Virus genome (UHGV): UHGV-0382128
Strand: one strand, 5' to 3'
DNA length: 64,000 nucleotides
Source of the DNA: a virus
A program made the translations under genes and the position numbers. Positions 37,249-46,575 of the stretch are shown one piece after another; the first letter of the stretch is position 1, and every line of letters starts with the position of its first letter. The notes below the pieces were generated by a model. The model saw only the letters and a program-made list of their open reading frames with translations, searched no databases and had not been told where the DNA came from.

Positions 37249-38090
37249 TAGATTAATCCCATACTTTCACTGACGCTCGTAATGTCGAACGTTGTGTCGT
37301 TAAAGTCGATGTTTTCTACAATAGAAACCACCAGATTAGGAAGCCATTCTGAATGGGGTGGTGTAATAACCCGGCCGTTCATAACGTAGTAATGCAAGAA
37401 CGGTAGTCCCATCGAATGGCAGTACGATAACACATTACCTAAGCAACTTCCGTCAAACTTCAAGAGTCGGAGCTTACGCAGTAATGCGTTTTGAAATGCA
37501 CCGCTTGCGTAATTGCTAAACTCGCCAGGTCGATAATCCGTGCCCCCGTAGATACTCGCCTTTAATCGCCGACCGCGTTGTATACATTCAGCCCCAGTCA
37601 GGGTTCGTAATAAACGAATGTCTGGATATTCAGTTTCCAAACGACCCAAAGCGTTTATTCCGTAGCCCTTGTAGAACAGATAGTCTACGATCCTTAAATA
37701 ATGATAGTAACCTTCCAACGTTAAAAACTGACCGTGAATTGTGTCGAATTTAGCACCGTTAGGTTGCGCGTAGAAGTTACTGATCATTTTCCCTACGGTA
37801 GTACGACCGTTAGAGTAAAGGTTAAGGTGGTTGATACCGTCGGTAAAAGGGAGTTTTTCGGGTAACGCACAAACGTAGCCTAAACGACGAAGGTATAGGA
37901 CATAAACAAAGCGCTCATCAGGAGTAAGCACAATGTTTGACGCGTTAACGTATGTATTAGGATTATTTCGGCCAGGTTGATAACCCAGCGTTAAAGCCAA
38001 TGCTTGATTGTCTTCGCTCTGACTTTTGATCTTCTTTAATACGGAACGCAGTAATTGTGGTTCGGTCATAACCGGCCTCTTAAATTGCAA
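37248..38090 (-). CDS. Hypothetical protein (280 aa)
   Basis: ORF only. Confidence 0.5.
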   Translation of the reverse strand: MQFKRPVMTEPQLLRSVLKKIKSQSEDNQALALTLGYQPGRNNPNTYVNASNIVLTPDERFVYVLYLRRLGYVCALPEKLPFTDGINHLNLYSNGRTTVGKMISNFYAQPNGAKFDTIHGQFLTLEGYYHYLRIVDYLFYKGYGINALGRLETEYPDIRLLRTLTGAECIQRGRRLKASIYGGTDYRPGEFSNYASGAFQNALLRKLRLLKFDGSCLGNVLSYCHSMGLPFLHYYVMNGRVITPPHSEWLPNLVVSIVENIDFNDTTFDITSVSESMGLI

Positions 38091-39381
38091 AATAGTCTTC
38101 CACGATTTTATCGGTAGACTGGTAACTTACACTGCCTGCAGCAATCACGTAATTACGTTTCTCAGTGGTCAGTAGTGCCTGAATCGCATTTACGCCCGCG
38201 TAGGTGTAAAGTTTAAGTTCAGTCATCTCCGGCGTGATGTTCTTCGCTTTGTCCCACTTTGCATCTAATCCTTTAAATAGTGTTAATAGGCGAGTACCAT
38301 ACGTTTTGAATCTGACACCAGGTTCAACCCGAAGGTTAGCCATGAGGTTTTGGATAACGGTGGCTGCGATCTGAGTCCCTTGTCCCGGTTGCAGTTTATC
38401 CAGATAGTATTCCGTTGAATCCAGATTACCTGTCGCTGCCGCCTGAATCATCAGCTCGCCGTACAGTACCTCTTTTGCTTGTGTGTCGGTAATCGCTTGA
38501 AGCATCGGCTCAATTTTAGCCGGTAAACCATAACTGTTCAGTTTGGTAGAGAGGCCATAAATCAGCGCCGAAGAGGTATTAATGTCTAACGCGGAGAAAC
38601 TGTTGCTGCCTTTAAAGCTATTAATCAGGTTATCGATGGCTAAGAAGTCATCTAAGTCTTTGTAGCTGTCGAAAGTATGTTGTACGTCATCAACGATCGA
38701 AGTGATTTGATAACGCATACTGTTGACTTCAGACATAAACCCGTTGACTTCTTGACTAACTTCCGAGGGGAGTTTAGCCAGTTGTCCAGCAATGTTCATC
38801 GTCCCTTCGAGACGTTTTTTCACCGAGTTAAAGTCAGTACCGATACCGGATAAAACGGAGTCGGTTAAGCTGCCGATGCTGTCCCACCCTTTACCTAACA
38901 GCTTCCCCATCCCACCTGGACTTAGGTAGTCTAGTGCTTTTAGGCCATCTTCATCCTTTTTCTTAAAGGGTTCAGAAACGTCACGCTTTTGTGGGTCGAG
39001 GACAGGAAGCGTTTCTTTGGTATTAGATGCAAAACCGGGAACCTTTTGTCCTGGCGACACCCCGGAGGCTGAACTCCCCGCAGTCTTAGTTCCCCCAACA
39101 CTGGCGGTATCGCTACCGCCAAAAAGGTTACCAATTTTGCTGGTCAGCTCGTTGCCGCCGCTAATGAGTTTGTTGAAAGTTTCACCAGCGCGGTCTGATA
39201 GTCGGCTGACGCTATCGACCGTGTTCTTAATACCACGCTCCGCATTTTCCACTGTTGTTTGTACGCGGTTTGTGGCGCTCTTTGCCGTATTAACGGAATT
39301 ATCGATTGCCGACTGACCTTTATTTATCTGACTGGTTATTTGGTCGATTTTCATTCTGGTCTCCAATTTGGTATTCGTCAA
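38080..39381 (-). CDS. Hypothetical protein (433 aa), Ser/Gly/Thr-rich with coiled-coil-like N-terminus; possibly virion internal protein
   Basis: Composition only; start may be the downstream Met (~39354). Confidence 0.45.
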   Translation of the reverse strand: MTNTKLETRMKIDQITSQINKGQSAIDNSVNTAKSATNRVQTTVENAERGIKNTVDSVSRLSDRAGETFNKLISGGNELTSKIGNLFGGSDTASVGGTKTAGSSASGVSPGQKVPGFASNTKETLPVLDPQKRDVSEPFKKKDEDGLKALDYLSPGGMGKLLGKGWDSIGSLTDSVLSGIGTDFNSVKKRLEGTMNIAGQLAKLPSEVSQEVNGFMSEVNSMRYQITSIVDDVQHTFDSYKDLDDFLAIDNLINSFKGSNSFSALDINTSSALIYGLSTKLNSYGLPAKIEPMLQAITDTQAKEVLYGELMIQAAATGNLDSTEYYLDKLQPGQGTQIAATVIQNLMANLRVEPGVRFKTYGTRLLTLFKGLDAKWDKAKNITPEMTELKLYTYAGVNAIQALLTTEKRNYVIAAGSVSYQSTDKIVEDYFAI

Positions 39382-40165
39382 GGTTTACCGTGACCTGAAC
39401 TTCGTAGATCTTATTGTCTTTCTGACGCCTTAAGGTCAAAAGGATTTCGAAACTACGAACATCAATTGCCTTGAGTACCCTCATAAACCATTTCCAGGAA
39501 AACTTCTTTTTTAACCTTAGATTGTGCTGCATATTGTGCCGCAAATCATTTCGTTTCGACGGCGTCTGCTCACAGTTAGCGGGATCGTTAACGAAGTTTG
39601 TGGAAAGACGGTACCACCAATCCGCATTCATTTTCATGTTTGCGAAGATAGTCCAAGTTAACCGAGATAACGGATGTACCATCATCTTTGCGGTCTCACC
39701 ACAGTTCTGGAAATAACGGTTCAGTTGCGCCGTTGCAGACTCCTTAGGTCGTTCGTCGTTATCTTCGAACAAATCCCGAGCGAGATCTTCACGCACGCGT
39801 GTGGTAACTTCAGATACGGTTTTTGTTTTGAAGTGTCCTCGGTAAGTGGTTACACAAATCCGCAGTGTTTCCACTCCGGTAATCACCAACCCTTCTGTAA
39901 AACCTCGCCAGGTAAGATCGACAGGTAGTGCAGGGATGTTACCTGAACTCAGCTTCGTGGAGATACGTTGTATTCGATCGTCCATCGTTGCTTTTGAACG
40001 TGTTTTAAATTCTGGAGACAGAATATGTTTGGCGACGGCGAGTTTGTAATCCGAAGGCTTCCATCCGATCAATTCTTTATAATTCCAATAAAGCGTTTGA
40101 AGTGGTCCGCCAGCACGTTCGTCTTCAGCGTCCACGACCACACTTACTTTTTTGCTATCCATCAC
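39320..40165 (-). CDS. Hypothetical protein (281 aa)
   Basis: ORF only. Confidence 0.45.
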   Translation of the reverse strand: MMDSKKVSVVVDAEDERAGGPLQTLYWNYKELIGWKPSDYKLAVAKHILSPEFKTRSKATMDDRIQRISTKLSSGNIPALPVDLTWRGFTEGLVITGVETLRICVTTYRGHFKTKTVSEVTTRVREDLARDLFEDNDERPKESATAQLNRYFQNCGETAKMMVHPLSRLTWTIFANMKMNADWWYRLSTNFVNDPANCEQTPSKRNDLRHNMQHNLRLKKKFSWKWFMRVLKAIDVRSFEILLTLRRQKDNKIYEVQVTVNLDEYQIGDQNENRPNNQSDK

Positions 40166-40195
40166 ATCACCTTGTTACAAGGGGTTACTGGTTTG

Positions 40196-40744
40196 TTAAA
40201 TAGGGCGTTCTAAAAGGTAGTGTTCGATCAGTGTTTCCAACTCCCGGAATAAATGCGCTGTTTGGTTTACCAACGCTTTGTCTTCGTCGGACTCCGGTTT
40301 AAGGAACGTCGATTCATAAGGTTGAATTAGCGCGAGTAATTTACCCAATTTATAAGCGGCAACCTCAGGACTGGACGTCCCAAAATAAGTGTCTAGCCAT
40401 CGGTATTCTGCCAAGTCGTTTCGTTTATTTAAAGCATCGGGCAATGGTAGCCATTCAATTGAACTCCTGTTAATTGCTCGTTGGTATTCGTTAATGAGAA
40501 ATGCTAAACGTTGATAAAGAATGTCAATGTTATTAACGCGCAATTCGAGGAAACCGCGAAGGCTGGGGCGAAAGGGTTCTTCATTTATGTTTAAAGGCAA
40601 TGTAAGCAATTGTAAGCCGGTAAAGACTCTGACATAGGGGTTGTGGGTGTTCTTATGGAACTCCTGCTTCAAAGACTCTCTGAGGGCTTTTAAACGGTTA
40701 TTCTCTAACCGTTGTTTAAAACGAGTTATTATTCCTGTTAACAT
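40196..40744 (-). CDS. Hypothetical protein (182 aa)
   Basis: ORF only. Confidence 0.45.
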   Translation of the reverse strand: MLTGIITRFKQRLENNRLKALRESLKQEFHKNTHNPYVRVFTGLQLLTLPLNINEEPFRPSLRGFLELRVNNIDILYQRLAFLINEYQRAINRSSIEWLPLPDALNKRNDLAEYRWLDTYFGTSSPEVAAYKLGKLLALIQPYESTFLKPESDEDKALVNQTAHLFRELETLIEHYLLERPI

Positions 40745-40815
40745 AATTCACTCCTAAAGAATGTCTCACGTAGATAATATCTGTCTGACTTCTTTTTGAA
40801 ATTGAGGTAGTAAGA

Positions 40816-41280
40816 ATGGCTGACGAAGAAGTGAAATATCAGGCGTTTGATGGAGATGTGGACGACGAAGAATCGCTTCTCCGCCAAACGCAACAAGCCC
40901 GTGTACGGATTGTGAACCTCATCTTAGACGATCCACAAGCACACAAAGACTTGAAAACGGTAGACCGTTTAGGGTCTTTGCTTAACGACGTTGATAAACA
41001 AATCATTTCCAAACGTCGTGTCGCCGCTGCACAGAAAAACAGCGAAGCTAACCAAGATTTGGCGAATGCACTTAATAGCATCCTCATGCAACGTGGTAAT
41101 ATCAAAATACGACGTCATGATGAGGAAATCGAAGAAACCCAGGGCTACCAGCCCCCCGTTCCTGCTATTCCGGATGTTGAGGTAACAGAAGGGGAGCTGG
41201 CACCAGTAGGTGAACAAATCGATGTTAAGTCCATTATGATGGCGGCGTTTGCACGTCCTGAACAGGACGAGCAAGACTAA
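40816..41280 (+). CDS. Hypothetical acidic protein (154 aa), lone plus-strand gene in a minus-strand block
   Basis: ORF with SD gaggtag; 3' end overlaps convergently with the 41234..41956 ORF. Confidence 0.45.
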   Translation: MADEEVKYQAFDGDVDDEESLLRQTQQARVRIVNLILDDPQAHKDLKTVDRLGSLLNDVDKQIISKRRVAAAQKNSEANQDLANALNSILMQRGNIKIRRHDEEIEETQGYQPPVPAIPDVEVTEGELAPVGEQIDVKSIMMAAFARPEQDEQD

Positions 41281-41956
41281 ATAAAGCAGCATCCCGTGGG
41301 TCGACACCGACCCACTCTGCCATAAACCGGATATGTTCCTTAAACGGGTTAACGCCGTCTTGTTTGATTTGTTCAACCAACACGCCGGTCAATTCTGGTG
41401 TGAGCATGGCAGGGTGTGTGATGGTAAAGCTTGGAATCGGTTTTTTCAAGTGCGAAGCGTTAAGCTTAATCCACTCGAACCAATCGTACATTATCCAGCA
41501 ATCCCACGCCAATGATAATCTCCCCGGTGTGAGGTCTTCTAACGACCAAGACACCAATTCGACTTGTACGTTATTGTAATACATCCGAAACAGATTCAAA
41601 AAGGCTTGAAGTTCTTCGCCTGTTAAATCCGTATAAGGCCATGTATTGATGGTCAGAGTAGGTTTTTCAATTGGCGAATGCATTTCGATTTCAAGCATCA
41701 TACACTCGAATTCGTTTTTCATCGTTGCCAATAATTCAGTAGGCTGCGCATTAATCAAAGCGCGCTTATCCCGCTTCCGCCACTCTTCATCCCATTTTTC
41801 AAACCCGAGTACACCCGCCCATGCTTCTGTATAGCGACGCCGATAAACATCGTAGTCTAGTAAGGCTAAGCTTTCAGGCTTAATGGCTTTTACCCAACCT
41901 AAACGCGTATCAAATAACGTATCAATATCGATTAAGAAACGTCGAGATAATCTCAT
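41234..41956 (-). CDS. Hypothetical protein (240 aa)
   Basis: ORF; 4-nt overlap with upstream gene. Confidence 0.45.
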   Translation of the reverse strand: MRLSRRFLIDIDTLFDTRLGWVKAIKPESLALLDYDVYRRRYTEAWAGVLGFEKWDEEWRKRDKRALINAQPTELLATMKNEFECMMLEIEMHSPIEKPTLTINTWPYTDLTGEELQAFLNLFRMYYNNVQVELVSWSLEDLTPGRLSLAWDCWIMYDWFEWIKLNASHLKKPIPSFTITHPAMLTPELTGVLVEQIKQDGVNPFKEHIRFMAEWVGVDPRDAALFSLARPVQDVQTPPS

Positions 41957-42621
41957 GACGGATGGCCTATGTTGTTACCGATATGCATCGCTTTCAGGTA
42001 CGCTGACCACGTACGCGTTGCTTTAGAACTCGTTCGCTCCGCTCCAGGCAAATCAATACGCCCTTTACCGGTTTGGCGCAGTGATTGATAGAAAGCACGT
42101 TGTAGTGCGTCGTTACCACCACGCGCCCACAAGAACTCTTTCAGTGTCCAGTCGTGACCATCGGAATACATGATGTATGCCTCTGGGAAGGACACCCCGG
42201 ATGCTTTGGAAGGCCCGACGACTTGACCGGAGAGCTTATCGCGGACTTTGTCGTTTTTCGCAACCGCCATTTTCTTTTCTTGCATCTGTGTCTGACGACG
42301 GACAGGCAAGCGTAAGACTAAGTGAGGGTAACGAGTACGATGATAAACACCCGTTTTTGGTTCTGTTAGCCACAGTCGTTGCTCCAGGTTTACCCCGAGA
42401 ATTTTACACACCTCGATATTGCGCAGGTGATCAATTTCGACTTTACTTCCCACCGGGTTGTAAATAGGCAAACCGTTACGAAGTCGGTTAAACTGTTCGT
42501 CGGTCATTCGTGCGAAGGCTTTCTTCGCGGCTTCAGCATTAATGCCAGAAGGGTCTACCAACTTTAAGATTTGTAAGGCGTAGGCTTCCGCCTTTTTACG
42601 CCGCGCTGGTTCGAGTTTCAT
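41953..42621 (-). CDS. Hypothetical protein (222 aa)
   Basis: ORF only. Confidence 0.45.
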   Translation of the reverse strand: MKLEPARRKKAEAYALQILKLVDPSGINAEAAKKAFARMTDEQFNRLRNGLPIYNPVGSKVEIDHLRNIEVCKILGVNLEQRLWLTEPKTGVYHRTRYPHLVLRLPVRRQTQMQEKKMAVAKNDKVRDKLSGQVVGPSKASGVSFPEAYIMYSDGHDWTLKEFLWARGGNDALQRAFYQSLRQTGKGRIDLPGAERTSSKATRTWSAYLKAMHIGNNIGHPS

Positions 42622-42895
42622 TGTCTACCGCCTTACGTAAATTGGATAACGTTTCTGCTTCAAGCAGGTCAATCCAGTAGCTGATAGCTTCCGTGTTTTC
42701 AGGAAGTTCGGAACGTACTGGTGCATACCCGTAACGTACTAATAGATTCGAGTAATACTCAGCGACCTTTAAACAAAAGGATTCCAGATCGGGAAACGGA
42801 AGAGTGAAGGCTTCACGAAATTCGGCCGCTGTTTCTAAATTAACACTTGCCAATCCTTCACTTAAGCGTTCCACAATCTCCGTTTGATAACGCAT
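42596..42895 (-). CDS. Hypothetical protein (99 aa)
   Basis: ORF with SD aaggag. Confidence 0.45.
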   Translation of the reverse strand: MRYQTEIVERLSEGLASVNLETAAEFREAFTLPFPDLESFCLKVAEYYSNLLVRYGYAPVRSELPENTEAISYWIDLLEAETLSNLRKAVDNETRTSAA

Positions 42896-42909
42896 GATGA
42901 CTCCTTAGG

Positions 42910-42952
42910 TCGGGTAGGGTTTACCCTACCCGATCCTATTTATTTCTTTTTC
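42910..42952. other. Perfect hairpin (cgggtagggt/accctacccg) overlapping the 3' end of the recombinase-like gene; T-run on the plus side only
   Basis: Stem 42910-42920 / 42923-42933, then tcctatttatttctttttcg on plus; on the coding (minus) side it is followed by an SD, not a T-run. Confidence 0.5.
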
Positions 42953-44436
42953 GTCAGGAACTTCGGTTCTAGTCCATCGACAGCCATACCCAGAATAGTA
43001 CGTGCAGTCAGTGTACGTTTACCACCTTTGGTTTCCTGGTCTTTAAACATCCAGTATTCTACCGTGTTATCCAGAATTTCATTCCAGTCCCACTTCTCGT
43101 CAATCAGTTTGTAAATCTCACCCATGCTGAGATGATACTTCATTTCAAGACGGTGGTAGTTGTTTTGCATATACGCGATTGCCGCCGTGATTTCTAAAGC
43201 GCGACGTAAGCGTGCGTTATCAGAAATCATATCACGGATTGTCGTACGTTGGAATTTCACACCAGGTAAAATGTCCAGTTCTTTGATAGAACCGCCACTA
43301 CCGCTTGACGTAAAACCAAAGTCTGACTTCTTCAGCGTGTCACTTAAATAGTGCCACAGGCTCAGGTGATATAACAGACCCATTTCCTGAGAGAAGATCA
43401 TCTGGAATTTCACACCGGTGTGACCACCCTTCGCACGATACTGAGTAAAGGTGATAATCTTCAAGTCGTTTACCGAAGCATTCATCGCTTTAGAACGTGA
43501 CGTCGGATAAAGTTCTTCGTTAACACCGGTCTGTGCGTTATAGCTCTGGTCTTTCTTCAACTCCCCTGATTTCGTCGCGACGATAAAAGAGTTTGTTAAA
43601 AAGCTAAGCTGACGGCGAGGAATACCTGCGAATTTTAAATCGTCGTTGGCATCGTCAAGAATTTTCGCATTTGCTTTTTGTGCCTGACGACCACCTGCCA
43701 TCGCTTTCCCAGAGTCATCGGCCATCTGTGCCACGAAACCCATATAGAAACCACCGCGTGCAAACGCAGACGGCCAGCGGCTCATCATGTTCGATTTTTG
43801 CAGTGCATCGTGGGCGTTCAGGATGTTCTGATCAGAATCACCGATATCTGTTTTTGCGTGTTTGTCTTCCAGCGAACTGGAATGCCACTCTGACAAAGAG
43901 TCGATAGAATAAAGCCAGGGGTCCAGGATTTCTTTTAACTTCCGACGAACCGGATCGGGGAACGGCGTTACACGGGTTTTACCAGACATATACTGCTTGA
44001 AGCGTTTTTCAACTTCGTCACGAATATAATCACTGTAATACTGTTCCCCAGGCATTACATCAGAACCGACCAGGTTATAACGACCTTCGTGGATGAGTTC
44101 CAATACGGACGTTCCGTCGTCGATACCGTTGGCGTTCATGGCAGAGATGTACCCAGTTTCTAAACGATCGAGGGCGGCGGACACTTCTGTATCGTACTTA
44201 GAACCCCACTCTGCTTTATAACGTTGCAGGATTTGGAAGATACAGAAATCTAACAAAGTGGATTTAAAGGTGTTACCGCGACCTGCGAAACCCATGATGT
44301 GGGCAAAACCACCGTTAAGGTAGTACAAACCATCTTCACCTTTTTCGTAGTTACCTAAGGCATGATCCATGATGGTGTAAACGTTAAAACGTGGACGAAT
44401 TACTTCACCGATAACTTGCTTAGTTGGGCCTGCCAT
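42940..44436 (-). CDS. Putative UvsX/RecA-like recombinase (498 aa)
   Basis: MGFAGRGNTFKSTLL resembles the T4 UvsX P-loop LAGPSKSFKSNFGL; preceding TIMDHALG resembles the RecA/UvsX N-terminal segment. Confidence 0.45.
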   Translation of the reverse strand: MAGPTKQVIGEVIRPRFNVYTIMDHALGNYEKGEDGLYYLNGGFAHIMGFAGRGNTFKSTLLDFCIFQILQRYKAEWGSKYDTEVSAALDRLETGYISAMNANGIDDGTSVLELIHEGRYNLVGSDVMPGEQYYSDYIRDEVEKRFKQYMSGKTRVTPFPDPVRRKLKEILDPWLYSIDSLSEWHSSSLEDKHAKTDIGDSDQNILNAHDALQKSNMMSRWPSAFARGGFYMGFVAQMADDSGKAMAGGRQAQKANAKILDDANDDLKFAGIPRRQLSFLTNSFIVATKSGELKKDQSYNAQTGVNEELYPTSRSKAMNASVNDLKIITFTQYRAKGGHTGVKFQMIFSQEMGLLYHLSLWHYLSDTLKKSDFGFTSSGSGGSIKELDILPGVKFQRTTIRDMISDNARLRRALEITAAIAYMQNNYHRLEMKYHLSMGEIYKLIDEKWDWNEILDNTVEYWMFKDQETKGGKRTLTARTILGMAVDGLEPKFLTKKK

Positions 44437-44451
44437 TTAGCGCTCCGATAA

Positions 44452-44751
44452 TTAACGATTCTTGGTCGGAAGAAGAAGACGGCGGTTGTGCCAGAATTCA
44501 AAGTAGGTCTCTACCCACTCAGTAACTTCTTCCGCATTTTCAGGATAAGGGTTTTCAATAGACTCGAAACGGCGTTTGTTACGCTCGTCAATTTCCAGTT
44601 CCATAACACGTTTACCGCTCGGGCACGACGTTACGCTCAAGACTTTTCCAACTTGAATAGGCTTACCGTTCTGACCTTTTTTAACAGGGCTCAGATAAAT
44701 TTCCGGTTCTAAACGCGGTGTGGTGTTTCGAGTCAGTAATTTGATTTTCAT
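44452..44751 (-). CDS. Hypothetical protein (99 aa)
   Basis: ORF only. Confidence 0.45.
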   Translation of the reverse strand: MKIKLLTRNTTPRLEPEIYLSPVKKGQNGKPIQVGKVLSVTSCPSGKRVMELEIDERNKRRFESIENPYPENAEEVTEWVETYFEFWHNRRLLLPTKNR

Positions 44752-44849
44752 CGAGCTTTACCTTTATGGAATTGTCTCGGTCATAAGGTTTGGGTGAACT
44801 GTAAAAAGACTTTACTATGTAACCCTGACTTATAATCCGAGGTTTTAGA

Positions 44850-45605
44850 ATGAATGTAAATCCACTTGCAGCGTTATCTAGCTTCGCCGCTAAAGCGTCT
44901 GCAATCTTACCGAAAGGCTTTAGTGGCCCTCAACAAGAGATTGCATTAACCACTTATGACGAGATGTCGGACGTTTCCAAGTGGATGCAACAAGAAAAAT
45001 TCCTTCACTTTGCGGGAATGTTGGTTATCGTTCCACCTGGGTTTAATACCTACGTGATGGATCATTTGAACCGCTTAGAATCCGTATGGAGTTCACTGCA
45101 AAACATTTATACGGGTATTCTGTTCCCGGTCGATAAACAACTTTCGGCCCTTACACATGATGTGGGTGTACTGTCATTACCGATTGGTTTCCGTTACAAA
45201 AATGTTAATATACCTTTACGTAACGTTAACCCGAAAGATCTGGTTAACTTGTTAGCGAAATCGTACACTAACAACGTTATTGACCAGCGACCAATCGAGA
45301 AGACGTATCACAGCGCGTCCGAAATTGATGTTGCGTTCAATCGTGCTAAGGCACTGAACGTTGAAATCACAAAACGTCTACGGACAAACATCGACAAGTC
45401 AATCGAGTCTATTCGCACTACGTCAGAAATCTTGTCAGAACAAAACATTCATCCGAATGTAGCAAAAGAACTGACGATGATGTTAGATTTTGCTTCCGAT
45501 TGGGTGGAGCTGTTTGGTTTGTTCATGAAACAGGTTAACGAATTAATCGAATGCCTGAACGTTACTGCCGAACGCTTAAAAGCGCTTAAGGCAAACAAAA
45601 AATAA
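44850..45605 (+). CDS. Hypothetical protein (251 aa), lone plus-strand gene
   Basis: ORF with SD gagg and a TATAAT-like hexamer ~15 nt upstream; ends at a bidirectional terminator. Confidence 0.5.
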   Translation: MNVNPLAALSSFAAKASAILPKGFSGPQQEIALTTYDEMSDVSKWMQQEKFLHFAGMLVIVPPGFNTYVMDHLNRLESVWSSLQNIYTGILFPVDKQLSALTHDVGVLSLPIGFRYKNVNIPLRNVNPKDLVNLLAKSYTNNVIDQRPIEKTYHSASEIDVAFNRAKALNVEITKRLRTNIDKSIESIRTTSEILSEQNIHPNVAKELTMMLDFASDWVELFGLFMKQVNELIECLNVTAERLKALKANKK

Positions 45606-45655
45606 AAAAGTAAAGCTACCCCTAGACCACACGGTCTAGGGGTAAACTATTTATT
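45606..45655. terminator. Bidirectional rho-independent terminator
   Basis: Stem cccctagacc / ggtctagggg (45619-45642) flanked by A-run and T-rich tract; between convergent genes. Confidence 0.75.
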
Positions 45656-46550
45656 TCCCACGATAAAATCCAGAGATGTAGCTTGGCGCTATCCATCGCC
45701 ATTCGCGCCAACGCATTTCTGACATTTTACCACACCATACACGCTTCCAATGAGCACGACGGATATGTGCTGCGCAATAAATCGCCAAACAAACCTCGTG
45801 TCCCTCCTTGCGTTGTTGTTCTATATCTTCCCATTGTACCGGACTTACGTCTAAAACGACCGCTTCACTACGTGGGCGAATCTCTGTATCAGGAACATAA
45901 CGAATGGTCCTCCCGCGAAATTCTTTCTTCTCACGTTCAGTTCGTTTAATTCGCGATGAAAGATATAGTCCGATATAGACGGCGTCGAGTAGTCGTTGAT
46001 TCTCCTTAACCGAAGTAAGGAGCGGCTTTAACTCCACGAAATCATCATTACTTTTATCGATCGTGTAAATCTCAAACTCCATGTATACCGACTCGTCATG
46101 TTCTTCGCATGACATCACAAAGAGAACTTCTTCACCTTCGTAAAGACGTCTTCCGATAAATAACGTGATTGGACATTCGTCGAGATTTACGGTAACCGAG
46201 AAAGTAAATGAAGGGATGGTTTCTATCCAGAAGTACGGGATATTTTTTAGTCTCTCAGTTTTTGCTAAGAGCGCCATCAGTTCTTCATCCGAGATGATTT
46301 CAACAGCAGCGTATTGCCATCCTAGTCCCAGGGACTGCTTAATCAGTCTGGGAATCTGTTCGGTAACGCCATATTCACGATAGGTCGGATCTTTAACTGG
46401 CATAAACGTTACGGGTATTTGTCGTTTATGCTCGTTAATGAACCGAATAAAACGGCACTGATCTAATCCGTGAATTGTTTGGTGTGCTTTTTCTATCTGT
46501 TCGCTCATGCGTCTTAGCGCTTTCCCGTAAAGTCTATTATTCGTTGTCAT
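45651..46550 (-). CDS. Paralog family A, member 1 (~299 aa; start revised to ATG at 46550)
   Basis: Track ORF 45651..46646 overlaps the upstream gene; the internal ATG (MTTNNRLYG...) is preceded by SD ggagca. C-terminal AAHIRRAHWKRVWCG...W.EWRWIAPSYISGF is shared with the neighbouring gene. Confidence 0.5.
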   Translation of the reverse strand: MTTNNRLYGKALRRMSEQIEKAHQTIHGLDQCRFIRFINEHKRQIPVTFMPVKDPTYREYGVTEQIPRLIKQSLGLGWQYAAVEIISDEELMALLAKTERLKNIPYFWIETIPSFTFSVTVNLDECPITLFIGRRLYEGEEVLFVMSCEEHDESVYMEFEIYTIDKSNDDFVELKPLLTSVKENQRLLDAVYIGLYLSSRIKRTEREKKEFRGRTIRYVPDTEIRPRSEAVVLDVSPVQWEDIEQQRKEGHEVCLAIYCAAHIRRAHWKRVWCGKMSEMRWREWRWIAPSYISGFYRGK

Positions 46551-46575
46551 TTTAATGCTCCTAAACACTTTTAGC

